Below, in pieces: positions 39,253-47,723 of a DNA stretch of 64,000 nucleotides (the stretch's first letter is position 1; each line of letters begins with the position of its first letter). The DNA lies in NCBI GenBank assembly GCA_015486055.1, contig WFSJ01000025.1:1189-65188 (forward strand), written 5' to 3'. The notes under the pieces are model-generated. The model did not search any database. It was not told the origin of the DNA and was given only the letters and a program-made list of their open reading frames with translations. Source of the DNA: Acidobacteriota bacterium. GTDB taxonomy: Bacteria; Acidobacteriota; Aminicenantia; S016-38. Both the position numbers and the translations under genes were made by a program.

Positions 39253-40262
39253 GTGAATTAAGAAAGGACCCCCTAAGTGGAAGATGGGTTATAATCGCCC
39301 CCGAAAGAGGGTTAAGACCAATCCAATTTGGAAGAAGATCCAAATTCCACCACAAGGGAACCCCAAAAGAATGTCCATTTTGCCCTGGAAACGAGGGGAA
39401 AACTCCAAATGAAATCTTTGCTATAAGAGACATTCTATCCCCGAAGAATTCTCCTAACTGGGAGATAAGAGTGATGCCAAACAAATATCCCATCCTCAGG
39501 GTTGAGGAAAAAATGGTGAAGTCAGGGGAAGGAATTTACGACAAAATGAGCGGTATAGGGGCTCATGAGATAATTATCGAAACCCCTTCACATTACGAGA
39601 CAATTCCAAGAATGCCTCTTGAAAGGGTTGAAAAGATAATTTTTACATACAGGGAAAGGATAAGGGACCTTAAAAATGACATAAGGCTAAAGCAGATACT
39701 TATATTCAAAAACCATGGGGAGGAGGCAGGAGCCTCTCTCTCCCATGCCCATTCTCAGCTGATAGCTCTACCAATAATTCCAAAAAGGATAATGGAGGAA
39801 ATGGAAGGGGCAAGAAAATACTATCAGTTCAGGGAAAGATGTCCAATATGCGATATTGTCGCCCAAGAACTTGAGGATGGCAAAAGGGTAGTTGAGGAAA
39901 ACGAAGGTATGGTTGCGATAGAGCCATTTTCCTCAAGGTTCCCATTTGAAGTCTGGATAATCCCGAAAAAACATTCCCCGAATTTTGGCGATGTGAACGA
40001 TAAAGAGGTAAAACAACTGGCAGAAATATATCAAAGCATATTGAGGAAAATGGATGTTGCCCTTGAGGAACCTTGCTTCAACATGATCCTTCATACAAAG
40101 CCTTATATAGAAGAGGGAAGCCCTTACTATCACTGGCATGTTCAGATAATTCCACAGATAACGAGAATAGCAGGTTTCGAATGGGGAAGCGGTATATTCG
40201 TTAACACTGTTCCTCCCGAAGAAGCAGCTGAATTCTTAAGGAAAGCGACATGGAAGAAATAG
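39249..40262 (+). CDS. galT: galactose-1-phosphate uridylyltransferase (HIT family, type 1)
   Basis: Contains the Zn site CPFCPGNE and the catalytic HxHxQ motif (SHAHSQ). Confidence 0.85.
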   Translation: MSELRKDPLSGRWVIIAPERGLRPIQFGRRSKFHHKGTPKECPFCPGNEGKTPNEIFAIRDILSPKNSPNWEIRVMPNKYPILRVEEKMVKSGEGIYDKMSGIGAHEIIIETPSHYETIPRMPLERVEKIIFTYRERIRDLKNDIRLKQILIFKNHGEEAGASLSHAHSQLIALPIIPKRIMEEMEGARKYYQFRERCPICDIVAQELEDGKRVVEENEGMVAIEPFSSRFPFEVWIIPKKHSPNFGDVNDKEVKQLAEIYQSILRKMDVALEEPCFNMILHTKPYIEEGSPYYHWHVQIIPQITRIAGFEWGSGIFVNTVPPEEAAEFLRKATWKK

Positions 40263-40301
40263 TCCTCTGCGGAAAATTAAAGCTCTTGGGAACAGTTAGG
40301 T

Positions 40302-41075
40302 TTGGTAAAAATTGATATGAAGGTTGAGCTCATAGCGATTACCCCTGGTGCTGAAAATTTGATAGAGAAAGCAGGGAGAACTTCCTATCTTTCCTTTGAT
40401 AAAGCGACGGTCTTTCCAATACTCAGAATTACAGATGGGACCCAAAAAACAATAGTTTACACAGAGGAACATCCTGAATTAAGACAGGCCCACTCAGGAA
40501 AACAAGTTGAATTTCAAGGCAAAACCTGGAAGGTGGAGAAAAGATGGGAAAACTCGGCAGAAAAATTCATAAAGATGATCATAAAAAGTGGACATCTTTC
40601 CGTCCTTGAACATGCCTATGCCTCCTTCAGAATAAGGGGAGGCTCAAGGAGCTTCACCCATCAGCTTGTTCGCCACCGAATGGCTTCTTTTACCCAGCAG
40701 TCCCAGAGATACGTTGATGAAAAGGGTTTCCAATTTGTTATTCCCATTTCAATAGAAAAAAACCAGGAGGCAAAGAAAATCTATCTTTCTTTTATGGAGG
40801 AGGCAAGAAAAGTTTACAAAAAGCTTGGTGAGCTTTCCATAAGGAAAGAAGATGCGAGATTCGTCCTCCCGAATGCTGCTGTATCAGAAATAGTTATTTC
40901 AGCAAATCTAAGGGAATGGAGACACATCATTGGACTCCGGGGGGATAAAAAAGCCCAGTGGGAAATAAGAAATATGGCAATTCAGATCCTTAAAATCCTG
41001 AAGAAAGAAGTCCCATCTGTCTTTTATGACTATAGGATCGAGGGAAATAGCATAGCAAAGCTTGACAAAATATGA
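40302..41075 (+). CDS. thyX: FAD-dependent thymidylate synthase ThyX (with a roughly 50-aa N-proximal insertion)
   Basis: Carries the ThyX signature RHRMASFTQQSQRY and C-terminal blocks. The extra segment ITDGTQKTIVYTEEHPELRQAHSGKQVEFQGKTWKVEKRWE is absent from Thermotoga ThyX. Confidence 0.85.
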   Translation: MVKIDMKVELIAITPGAENLIEKAGRTSYLSFDKATVFPILRITDGTQKTIVYTEEHPELRQAHSGKQVEFQGKTWKVEKRWENSAEKFIKMIIKSGHLSVLEHAYASFRIRGGSRSFTHQLVRHRMASFTQQSQRYVDEKGFQFVIPISIEKNQEAKKIYLSFMEEARKVYKKLGELSIRKEDARFVLPNAAVSEIVISANLREWRHIIGLRGDKKAQWEIRNMAIQILKILKKEVPSVFYDYRIEGNSIAKLDKI

Positions 41076-41094
41076 ATTTGGAGCCATCATTTAA

Positions 41095-41448
41095 ATGATG
41101 TGGGAAATAGCAATTTTGATAATAGCAATAGCCTTTGCGGTTCTTGTGGTATTTTTTATACCCGCCCTTCTTCAAATAAGGGACTCTGCAAAGGAATTTG
41201 AGTTTACAATGAGGGAAGCGAAGGAAACCCTCAAAAAAATACGGGAAATCTCTAATAAAACAGAGGAAAGCATGCAGAAAGGACGAAAGAGCATAGAAAA
41301 AATAGACAGGGCTTTTACCACAATTAATGAAACTTTCGGGAGTTCAGGGGTTAAAGCTTTAACTAAACCTATTTCAGCAATCCTTGAATTTCTCCCGTTG
41401 ATTCTCTCTGGCTCAAAGATTTATAAAAAATATATTAAAAGGAGGTAA
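41095..41448 (+). CDS. DUF948 membrane protein
   Basis: A single N-terminal TM helix (IAILIIAIAFAVLVVFFIPALLQI) is followed by a coiled coil. It is paired with a YtxH-like gene as in Firmicutes. Confidence 0.6.
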   Translation: MMWEIAILIIAIAFAVLVVFFIPALLQIRDSAKEFEFTMREAKETLKKIREISNKTEESMQKGRKSIEKIDRAFTTINETFGSSGVKALTKPISAILEFLPLILSGSKIYKKYIKRR

Positions 41449-41450
41449 AA

Positions 41451-41708
41451 ATGGAGGATAGGGGCGCTACATTCTTTGAACTCTCCGTATCATTCCTTCT
41501 TGGGGCATTAATCGGAGCTGGCACAGCCTTGCTCCTGGCACCCGCATCAGGAGAAGAAACAAGGAAAAAACTGGCAGCGATGGGCGAGAAAGCTATTGAA
41601 AGCAGCAAGAAAATAGCCGAGACAGGTAAGGAAAAAATAACAAGAGTAGTAGAGACTGCGAGGGAAAAGACAAAAAAGACCAAGCCAGAGGCAAAAAAAG
41701 AGGTCTAA
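41451..41708 (+). CDS. YtxH domain protein
   Basis: GALIGAGTALLLAPASGEETRKKL is the YtxH signature. Confidence 0.6.
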   Translation: MEDRGATFFELSVSFLLGALIGAGTALLLAPASGEETRKKLAAMGEKAIESSKKIAETGKEKITRVVETAREKTKKTKPEAKKEV

Positions 41709-41714
41709 TCCCCC

Positions 41715-42944
41715 ATGCTGAAGGGGAGCGTAGCGGTAGTTTTAGCAGGGGGAAAAGGGAAAAGGCTTTCTCCGCTAACCCTTCATGAAAGTAAACCAGC
41801 AGTTTCTTTCGGTGGAATTTACAGAATAATTGATTTTACACTTACAAACTGTCTCCATTCTGGAATAAGGAGAATATTCGTCCTTACCCAGTACAAATCC
41901 TACACTCTCCACAGGCATCTTCGTTCCGGCTGGCAAATATTTCATCATGAGCTTGGAGAATTTATTGACATTATCCCTCCACAGATGAACATAGAGAGTT
42001 TCTGGTACAGGGGAACTGCAGATGCAGTTTATCAGAACATAAAGATTGTAAACGACGAAGATCCCGAGTATCTTCTTGTTCTAAGTGGGGATCATATTTA
42101 CAAAATGGACTACAGAAAAATTGTGTCCTTCCACAGGGACAGAGGGGCAAATCTCACAATTGCATCATTTGAGGTGCCGGTATCAGAAGCTTCAAGATTT
42201 GGGATAATTCAGGTGAATGATGACTGGAAAATAGTTGGTTTTCAGGAAAAGCCAGAAAATCCTGAAGCAATTCCCGGTAAGCCTTATTCCTCTTTGGTGT
42301 CCATGGGAATATATGTATTTGATTTCCCTGTTTTAAGAGAAGCCCTTGAAGAAGATGCAAAAGACAAAAATTCCCAGCATGACTTCGGAAAAAATGTAAT
42401 TCCCAAATTGTTAAAGAAAGGGTTTAATCTATACGCATTTCCATTCAGGAACGAGAAGGGAGAGCCTGGATACTGGAGGGACATAGGAACCCTTGACGCA
42501 TATTACGAGGCGAGTATGGAACTCGTGTCAATTTCCCCGAGATTCAATCTCTATGACTCTAAATGGCCAATAAGAACATATATGCCTCAATACCCTCCTG
42601 CAAAATTCGCATTTAATGACCCTAACATAAGGAAGGGAGAAGCTGTTGATTCTATAATAGGCGCCGGGGCAATTATAAGCGGTAGCAGAATAATAAACTC
42701 AATAATATCCTATGGGGTGAGAGTTCATTCCTATAATCTCATAGAGAACTCAATTATTCACCCGAACGTTGTAATAAATAGGTATTCAAAGATAAAAAAT
42801 GCAATAATATCGGAAGGGACAAAAATCCCAAAGGGAACCATAATCGGTTACAACCTTAAAAAAGACATAAAGAGAGGATTTACTGTAACCCCAAAGGGTA
42901 TAACAGTGGTAACATCGGAAAACTTTAAGGAGGAAACACTATGA
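41715..42944 (+). CDS. glgC: glucose-1-phosphate adenylyltransferase
   Basis: The nucleotide-binding loop AVVLAGGKGKRLSPLT, a left-handed beta-helix C-terminus, and a length of 409 aa support the call. Confidence 0.9.
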   Translation: MLKGSVAVVLAGGKGKRLSPLTLHESKPAVSFGGIYRIIDFTLTNCLHSGIRRIFVLTQYKSYTLHRHLRSGWQIFHHELGEFIDIIPPQMNIESFWYRGTADAVYQNIKIVNDEDPEYLLVLSGDHIYKMDYRKIVSFHRDRGANLTIASFEVPVSEASRFGIIQVNDDWKIVGFQEKPENPEAIPGKPYSSLVSMGIYVFDFPVLREALEEDAKDKNSQHDFGKNVIPKLLKKGFNLYAFPFRNEKGEPGYWRDIGTLDAYYEASMELVSISPRFNLYDSKWPIRTYMPQYPPAKFAFNDPNIRKGEAVDSIIGAGAIISGSRIINSIISYGVRVHSYNLIENSIIHPNVVINRYSKIKNAIISEGTKIPKGTIIGYNLKKDIKRGFTVTPKGITVVTSENFKEETL

Positions 42945-45235
42945 GAAAGAAAGAGAATGAATTTAATCGGGAAAAATCACGGTTTAAGTTTGATCTGGCC
43001 TTACTTAGCTTAATCCTACTCCTTGCAGCCACAATTAATTTTCTTCCTGCAAAGCAGGTAAAAGACCGCTCAATTCTTACTCTTGATAGAATATTTGTCT
43101 CAAAGGATTTCACCTCTGAAAAGTTTGGACCTCCTCACTGGATAAAGGGCGGATATGCAGTATTGGAGAAGTCTAAGTTCATCAAAAAGGCTCAGGATAT
43201 AGTTTTTTACGGGATAAAAAAAGGGAAAAGGAGGATACTTGTTTCCGCAAAGCATCTAATCCCTATAGGTAAGAAATCTCCGTTAAAGATTGAGGATTTT
43301 AAGTTCTCAAAAGATGAGAGCCATATTCTTTTATATACAAACAGCAAAAGAGTGTGGAGAAGGAATACCAGAGGAGATTATTGGGTTCTGGGGCTGGAAA
43401 CATGGAAGTTAAAAAAACTGGGTAAAAATTTCAAGCCTGCCTCTTTAATGTTTGCCAAATTCTCTCCAGACGGAACAAGGGTAGCTTATGTTTATAAAAA
43501 TAACATATATGTGGAGTACATTGACCAGAATAAAGTGATTCAGCTCACAAAAAGCAGCTCTAAGAACATAATAAACGGCACCTCAGATTGGGTTTACGAG
43601 GAAGAGTTCAGCTTGAGAGATGGCTTTCGCTGGAGCCCTGACGGAAAATATATTGCCTATTGGCAGTTTGATACATCAGGAGTTCCCCTTTTCTATCTTG
43701 TAAATTACACTGACGCTCTCTATCCCAAGCTCAAATCCTTTCCCTATCCGAAAGTAGGACAGAAAAACTCAGCATGCAGGATCGGAGTGATAAGTGCAGA
43801 GGGAGGAAAAACCCTATGGATAAAAGTTTCAAAAGATCCCAGAAACAACTACATTCCAAGGATGGAATGGGTAGACAATGACACCTTAGTTCTTCAACAT
43901 CTTAACAGACTCCAGAATACTGACAGGGTTATTCTTGCAAATGTCCATACGGGAAAGACAAAAACCATACTTACCGAGACAGACAAGGCATGGGTTGATG
44001 TCGTGGATAATATTCGCTGGTTGAACAATGGAAAGTATTTTATATGGCTGAGTGAAAGGGACGGTTGGAGACATGTATATCTTGTCTCAAGAAACGGGGA
44101 GAAAATTCGTCTCATCACCCCAGGTAAATATGATGTCGTAAGAATAGCAGGAATCGACAAGAACGAAAAATGGCTCTATTACATTGCCTCTCCCGAGAAC
44201 CCAGCTCAGCGTTACCTTTACAGAATAAAGCTGAATGGGAAGTGGAAACCCAGAAGGATAACTCCTCTGAATCAGCCAGGATATCACAGCTATACCATCT
44301 CCCCTGATGGAAAATGGGCTTTCCACATCTATTCTAACTTTGATACCCCTCCTACAGCTGACCTTGTAAAACTTCCATCCCACAAAGAGGTGAAAATCCT
44401 TGTTTCCAACTCAAAACTCTTTGCCAATGTAAAAGCTCTCAAGAGGAGACCTGTAGAATTCTTCAAGGTTGACATAGGGAATGGGATACTTCTTAATGCA
44501 TGGTCCATCAAACCCCCTGATTTTAACCCTAACAAAAAGTATCCTGTGCTTTTCTATGTCTACGGAGAACCTGCTGGACAAACTGTTGTTGACCGCTGGG
44601 GAAGAAGCAGATATCTCTGGCATCTTATGCTTGCCCAGCAGGGATATGTAATAATGAGCGTGGATAATCAGGGAACCCCAGCCCCCTGTGGAAGGATATG
44701 GAGAAAGGCCATATACAAAAAGCTCGGAATTCTTATATCCGAACAGCAATCAAAAGCAGCAAGAGAAATACTAAAACAAAGACCTTATCTTGACCGTAAC
44801 AGAGTTGGAGTATGGGGATGGAGTGGCGGCGGAACTTCCACTCTCAATCTAATTTTCCGCTATCCTGACCTTTACAAGACGGCAATGTCGGTGGCTCCGG
44901 TCACATCTCCAAGGTTCTACGACTCCATATATGAAGAACGGTACATGAGTCTTCCCGAGGACAATCCAGAAGGATATAAACTTGCAGGCCCAATTCCCTT
45001 TGCACATCAACTGAAGGGAAACCTTCTTATAGTTCACGGAACAGGTGATGACAACGTTCATGTACAGAACACCTATGTTCTTGTAAATGAACTTATTAAG
45101 GACAATAAGCAATTCTCCTTAATGATTTATCCCAACAGGTCTCACGGAATTTTTGAGGGGAAAAATACAAGGCGACATCTTTTCGGGCTGCTTACGAAGT
45201 ATCTAAAGAGTCATTTGCCCCCAGGTCCAAGGTGA
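42941..45235 (+). CDS. S9B family dipeptidyl-peptidase IV-like serine peptidase
   Basis: An N-terminal TM/signal and a DPP4-type beta-propeller are followed by a C-terminal alpha/beta-hydrolase with the nucleophile elbow GVWGWSGGG. Length is 764 aa. Confidence 0.85.
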   Translation: MRKKENEFNREKSRFKFDLALLSLILLLAATINFLPAKQVKDRSILTLDRIFVSKDFTSEKFGPPHWIKGGYAVLEKSKFIKKAQDIVFYGIKKGKRRILVSAKHLIPIGKKSPLKIEDFKFSKDESHILLYTNSKRVWRRNTRGDYWVLGLETWKLKKLGKNFKPASLMFAKFSPDGTRVAYVYKNNIYVEYIDQNKVIQLTKSSSKNIINGTSDWVYEEEFSLRDGFRWSPDGKYIAYWQFDTSGVPLFYLVNYTDALYPKLKSFPYPKVGQKNSACRIGVISAEGGKTLWIKVSKDPRNNYIPRMEWVDNDTLVLQHLNRLQNTDRVILANVHTGKTKTILTETDKAWVDVVDNIRWLNNGKYFIWLSERDGWRHVYLVSRNGEKIRLITPGKYDVVRIAGIDKNEKWLYYIASPENPAQRYLYRIKLNGKWKPRRITPLNQPGYHSYTISPDGKWAFHIYSNFDTPPTADLVKLPSHKEVKILVSNSKLFANVKALKRRPVEFFKVDIGNGILLNAWSIKPPDFNPNKKYPVLFYVYGEPAGQTVVDRWGRSRYLWHLMLAQQGYVIMSVDNQGTPAPCGRIWRKAIYKKLGILISEQQSKAAREILKQRPYLDRNRVGVWGWSGGGTSTLNLIFRYPDLYKTAMSVAPVTSPRFYDSIYEERYMSLPEDNPEGYKLAGPIPFAHQLKGNLLIVHGTGDDNVHVQNTYVLVNELIKDNKQFSLMIYPNRSHGIFEGKNTRRHLFGLLTKYLKSHLPPGPR

Positions 45236-45244
45236 ACTTTTAGT

Positions 45245-46195
45245 CTATAGTCCAAATTCTCCGGGAAGCTTTGGAAAAAGCCTGCAGAATTTTACTGATT
45301 CTAAACCTGCAATGAAACGAGTAAGCCTTTCTATACCTATCCCAAATCCTGCTGACGGCGGGATCCCTTGTTCAAGCATAATTAAGTAGGGAGAATACAG
45401 ATCTTCGTTAATCCTCTTCCTTTTGAGCCGCTCCCTTATCTTTTCCGCTCTCCATTCTCGTTTTCCTCCAGAAATAGCCTCTCCGAATCCCTCGGGGTAG
45501 ATCAGGTCAAAGTCCTTTAAATAGAAGGTTCTTTCCCCTTCAAGATAATAGAATTCCCTTATCTTTTCGGGAAAATCAATCAGCCAGATGTGGCCTTCTG
45601 AACTTTGAGAAAGTCTTGCCTCAAGGTCTTTCCCGAATTTTGAATATGCTTCACTATAGGTAACAACTTTGAAAGGTCTAATGGGCATTTTTAACTTTCT
45701 TTCAAAGAATTCCATCTCATCTTTAGCCTCGTCAATTATGCGCGTCACAAGTCCTATAATCATTTCCTCTGCAAGTTCCATAACCTCTTTGCGAGTAGCG
45801 CCTCTTACCTCTAAATCAAACTGGGTAAATTCCACTAAGTGACGGCCAGTTTTTGCCATCTCTTTCTTTTCGATTCTAAAGTTAGGGGAGAAAATAAATA
45901 TCCGTTCAAAGGCCAACATTGCAAACTGCTTGTGGAAAATCATACTCTTTGTCAACTGGAAAGGATACCCGTAGACATTAAAAGACACTGTGGTTTCAGG
46001 GGAGGACAAAGGATCAGTAACCGGGGATGCGACAACAGGAAGCAATTCGACAAATCCCTTCTCTTTTAAGAAGTCACGGAGAATCCCGATTATTTTTCCT
46101 TTAAGACGATTCGCAGTGATTACCCGCTCGTCCTTTAAAAAATTCTTTGTTTCCCTGAGTTTTTCCTTTAGCTCTTCTTTATTTATAGATTGCAT
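45245..46195 (-). CDS. asnA: archaeal-type asparagine synthetase A (AS-AR; AsnRS/AspRS catalytic-core paralogue)
   Basis: It has class II aaRS motif 2 (FRIE) and motif 3 (GFGIGIERL) without an anticodon-binding domain. FDLIYPEGFGEAISGGKREW...PSAGFGIGIERLTRFIAG closely parallels Pyrococcus AS-AR. Confidence 0.75.
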   Translation of the reverse strand: MQSINKEELKEKLRETKNFLKDERVITANRLKGKIIGILRDFLKEKGFVELLPVVASPVTDPLSSPETTVSFNVYGYPFQLTKSMIFHKQFAMLAFERIFIFSPNFRIEKKEMAKTGRHLVEFTQFDLEVRGATRKEVMELAEEMIIGLVTRIIDEAKDEMEFFERKLKMPIRPFKVVTYSEAYSKFGKDLEARLSQSSEGHIWLIDFPEKIREFYYLEGERTFYLKDFDLIYPEGFGEAISGGKREWRAEKIRERLKRKRINEDLYSPYLIMLEQGIPPSAGFGIGIERLTRFIAGLESVKFCRLFPKLPGEFGL

Positions 46196-46271
46196 TTCTA
46201 CCTCCTTATCTTGGATTTTTTGTAGAGATTGGTTGCTTTCTTTAAAAAATGGATTTAGATGCTAATATATT

Positions 46272-46294
46272 TGTCCCCCTATGTGTGGGGGACA
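46272..46294. other. GC-rich perfect hairpin in the 316-bp asnA-treT intergenic region
   Basis: GTCCCCC-TATGTGT-GGGGGAC has a 7-bp G/C stem and 7-nt loop. No proper U-tract follows for the minus-strand genes. Confidence 0.4.
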
Positions 46295-46511
46295 TTATTA
46301 TTGGAAAGATTCAGATTGGCATTGCCAGAGAATGAAGCCATACAAAAACTTTGGCAGGAATAAAATCTGCATATGACATTCATCAAAGACAACTCTTCAA
46401 ATTCATCACGTAGAAATGTCTGCCGCCTCATACATAAACCAATAATCATCTTATTGGTTATTATATAACTTTTCGTTCTTTTGTCAACATTTCGAGTGGA
46501 AGAACCTCACT

Positions 46512-47720
46512 CTATTCATATAAATAATTTAACAGGTCTAAATAATCAGATAAAAGCCTTGTTATGAGGAAATTTTCCCTTATCCTTTCTCTTCCATTCT
46601 TTCCCATAGTTTCCCCTAAATTCGGATTTTTAAGGATTTCCACGATCCTTTCAGCAAATTCCTCTGGCCTCTGAGATTCTACAAGGTATCCGCCCTTCCC
46701 ATCTTCTATCTGGAGAGGAATACCACCAACCTTGGAGGCTACTACCGGTCTGCCCTTCCATAATGCTTCTGTTACAGTCAATCCGAATCCCTCTCTTTTT
46801 GATTTCTGGATAACAACCGAGGAAATTCTCTGAAGAGCATTTACTAATATGTCGTTTTCAATGGTTATAAGGATGACATCGCCGCTTTTTACAAAAGGCT
46901 CAGCTCTTTTTTCCACTTTGCTGTAAATTTTCCAGGCTTCAGGGTCATCACTTGCCGTGCTTCCGCAAAGGACAAGTCTCACATCCACTTTTTTTCTTAC
47001 GGCTTCAAATACTCTCAATACTCCCTCAGGATCTTTCCATTTGTCAAATCTTGATACCTGAGAAATAATCGGTTTGTCAAAAGGAATTTCATACTTTTTA
47101 AGGTATTTTTTTATCATGGAAGCAGGAATTTCCATATTCTTAGACGAAAGAGGGTCAATAGCAGGGGATATTATTCTCTGTTCAACAGGAAGGTCTTTTT
47201 TTCTGTATTTTTCGCTTGAGACTATCACCAAGTCATATCTTAAAATATATTCCTTAATGAAATCCCATATTTCTTCATTCGGAGATGAAAGGTCAATATG
47301 ACATCTCCAAACCCAGGGTTGTCTTTTGCTATAGAATCTTACAAGCGGAAGCGGCTGAGGGTCATGCACTATTACAACATCATGGTTTATGTGTGTAAAT
47401 GTGGAAAAATCCTGATTGGTGCGAAGATAAAGTTTCTTTTTTATCTCACTTAGATTAATCTTTTCCCCCTGTAAAGCGTTGTGAAATTTCTTGGTTATTG
47501 AGAAAAAGTCAGGATTACCGTGCAGTATTCTCCACCCAGCTTCTATGCCTATCTCATTCATCAATGGAACTATGGAGGAAAGCATTTCTGCTACTCCACC
47601 ACCCTGATAAGTAGAATTAATATTAACTATATGCTTTCCATAAAGTTTTCTTGCCTTTTTGTAAATTGAGGATATCGCCCCATCCCCTACTATTTTCCTG
47701 TAATCTTCTACACTTCTCAT
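46512..47720 (-). CDS. treT: trehalose glycosyltransferring synthase TreT (GT4)
   Basis: NINSTYQGGGVAEMLSSIVPLMNEIGIEAGWRIL...FFSITKKFHNALQG, WRCHIDLSSPN, QVSRFD.WK and REGFGLTVTEA are near-colinear with Thermococcus/Pyrococcus TreT. Confidence 0.85.
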   Translation of the reverse strand: MRSVEDYRKIVGDGAISSIYKKARKLYGKHIVNINSTYQGGGVAEMLSSIVPLMNEIGIEAGWRILHGNPDFFSITKKFHNALQGEKINLSEIKKKLYLRTNQDFSTFTHINHDVVIVHDPQPLPLVRFYSKRQPWVWRCHIDLSSPNEEIWDFIKEYILRYDLVIVSSEKYRKKDLPVEQRIISPAIDPLSSKNMEIPASMIKKYLKKYEIPFDKPIISQVSRFDKWKDPEGVLRVFEAVRKKVDVRLVLCGSTASDDPEAWKIYSKVEKRAEPFVKSGDVILITIENDILVNALQRISSVVIQKSKREGFGLTVTEALWKGRPVVASKVGGIPLQIEDGKGGYLVESQRPEEFAERIVEILKNPNLGETMGKNGRERIRENFLITRLLSDYLDLLNYLYE

Positions 47721-47723
47721 ATT

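Noticed and set aside
46272-46294. GC hairpin as an intrinsic terminator for treT
   Set aside because: It lies 220 bp past the treT stop, and on the minus strand it is followed by AAATATATTAG rather than a U-tract. It is kept only as an unexplained structured element.
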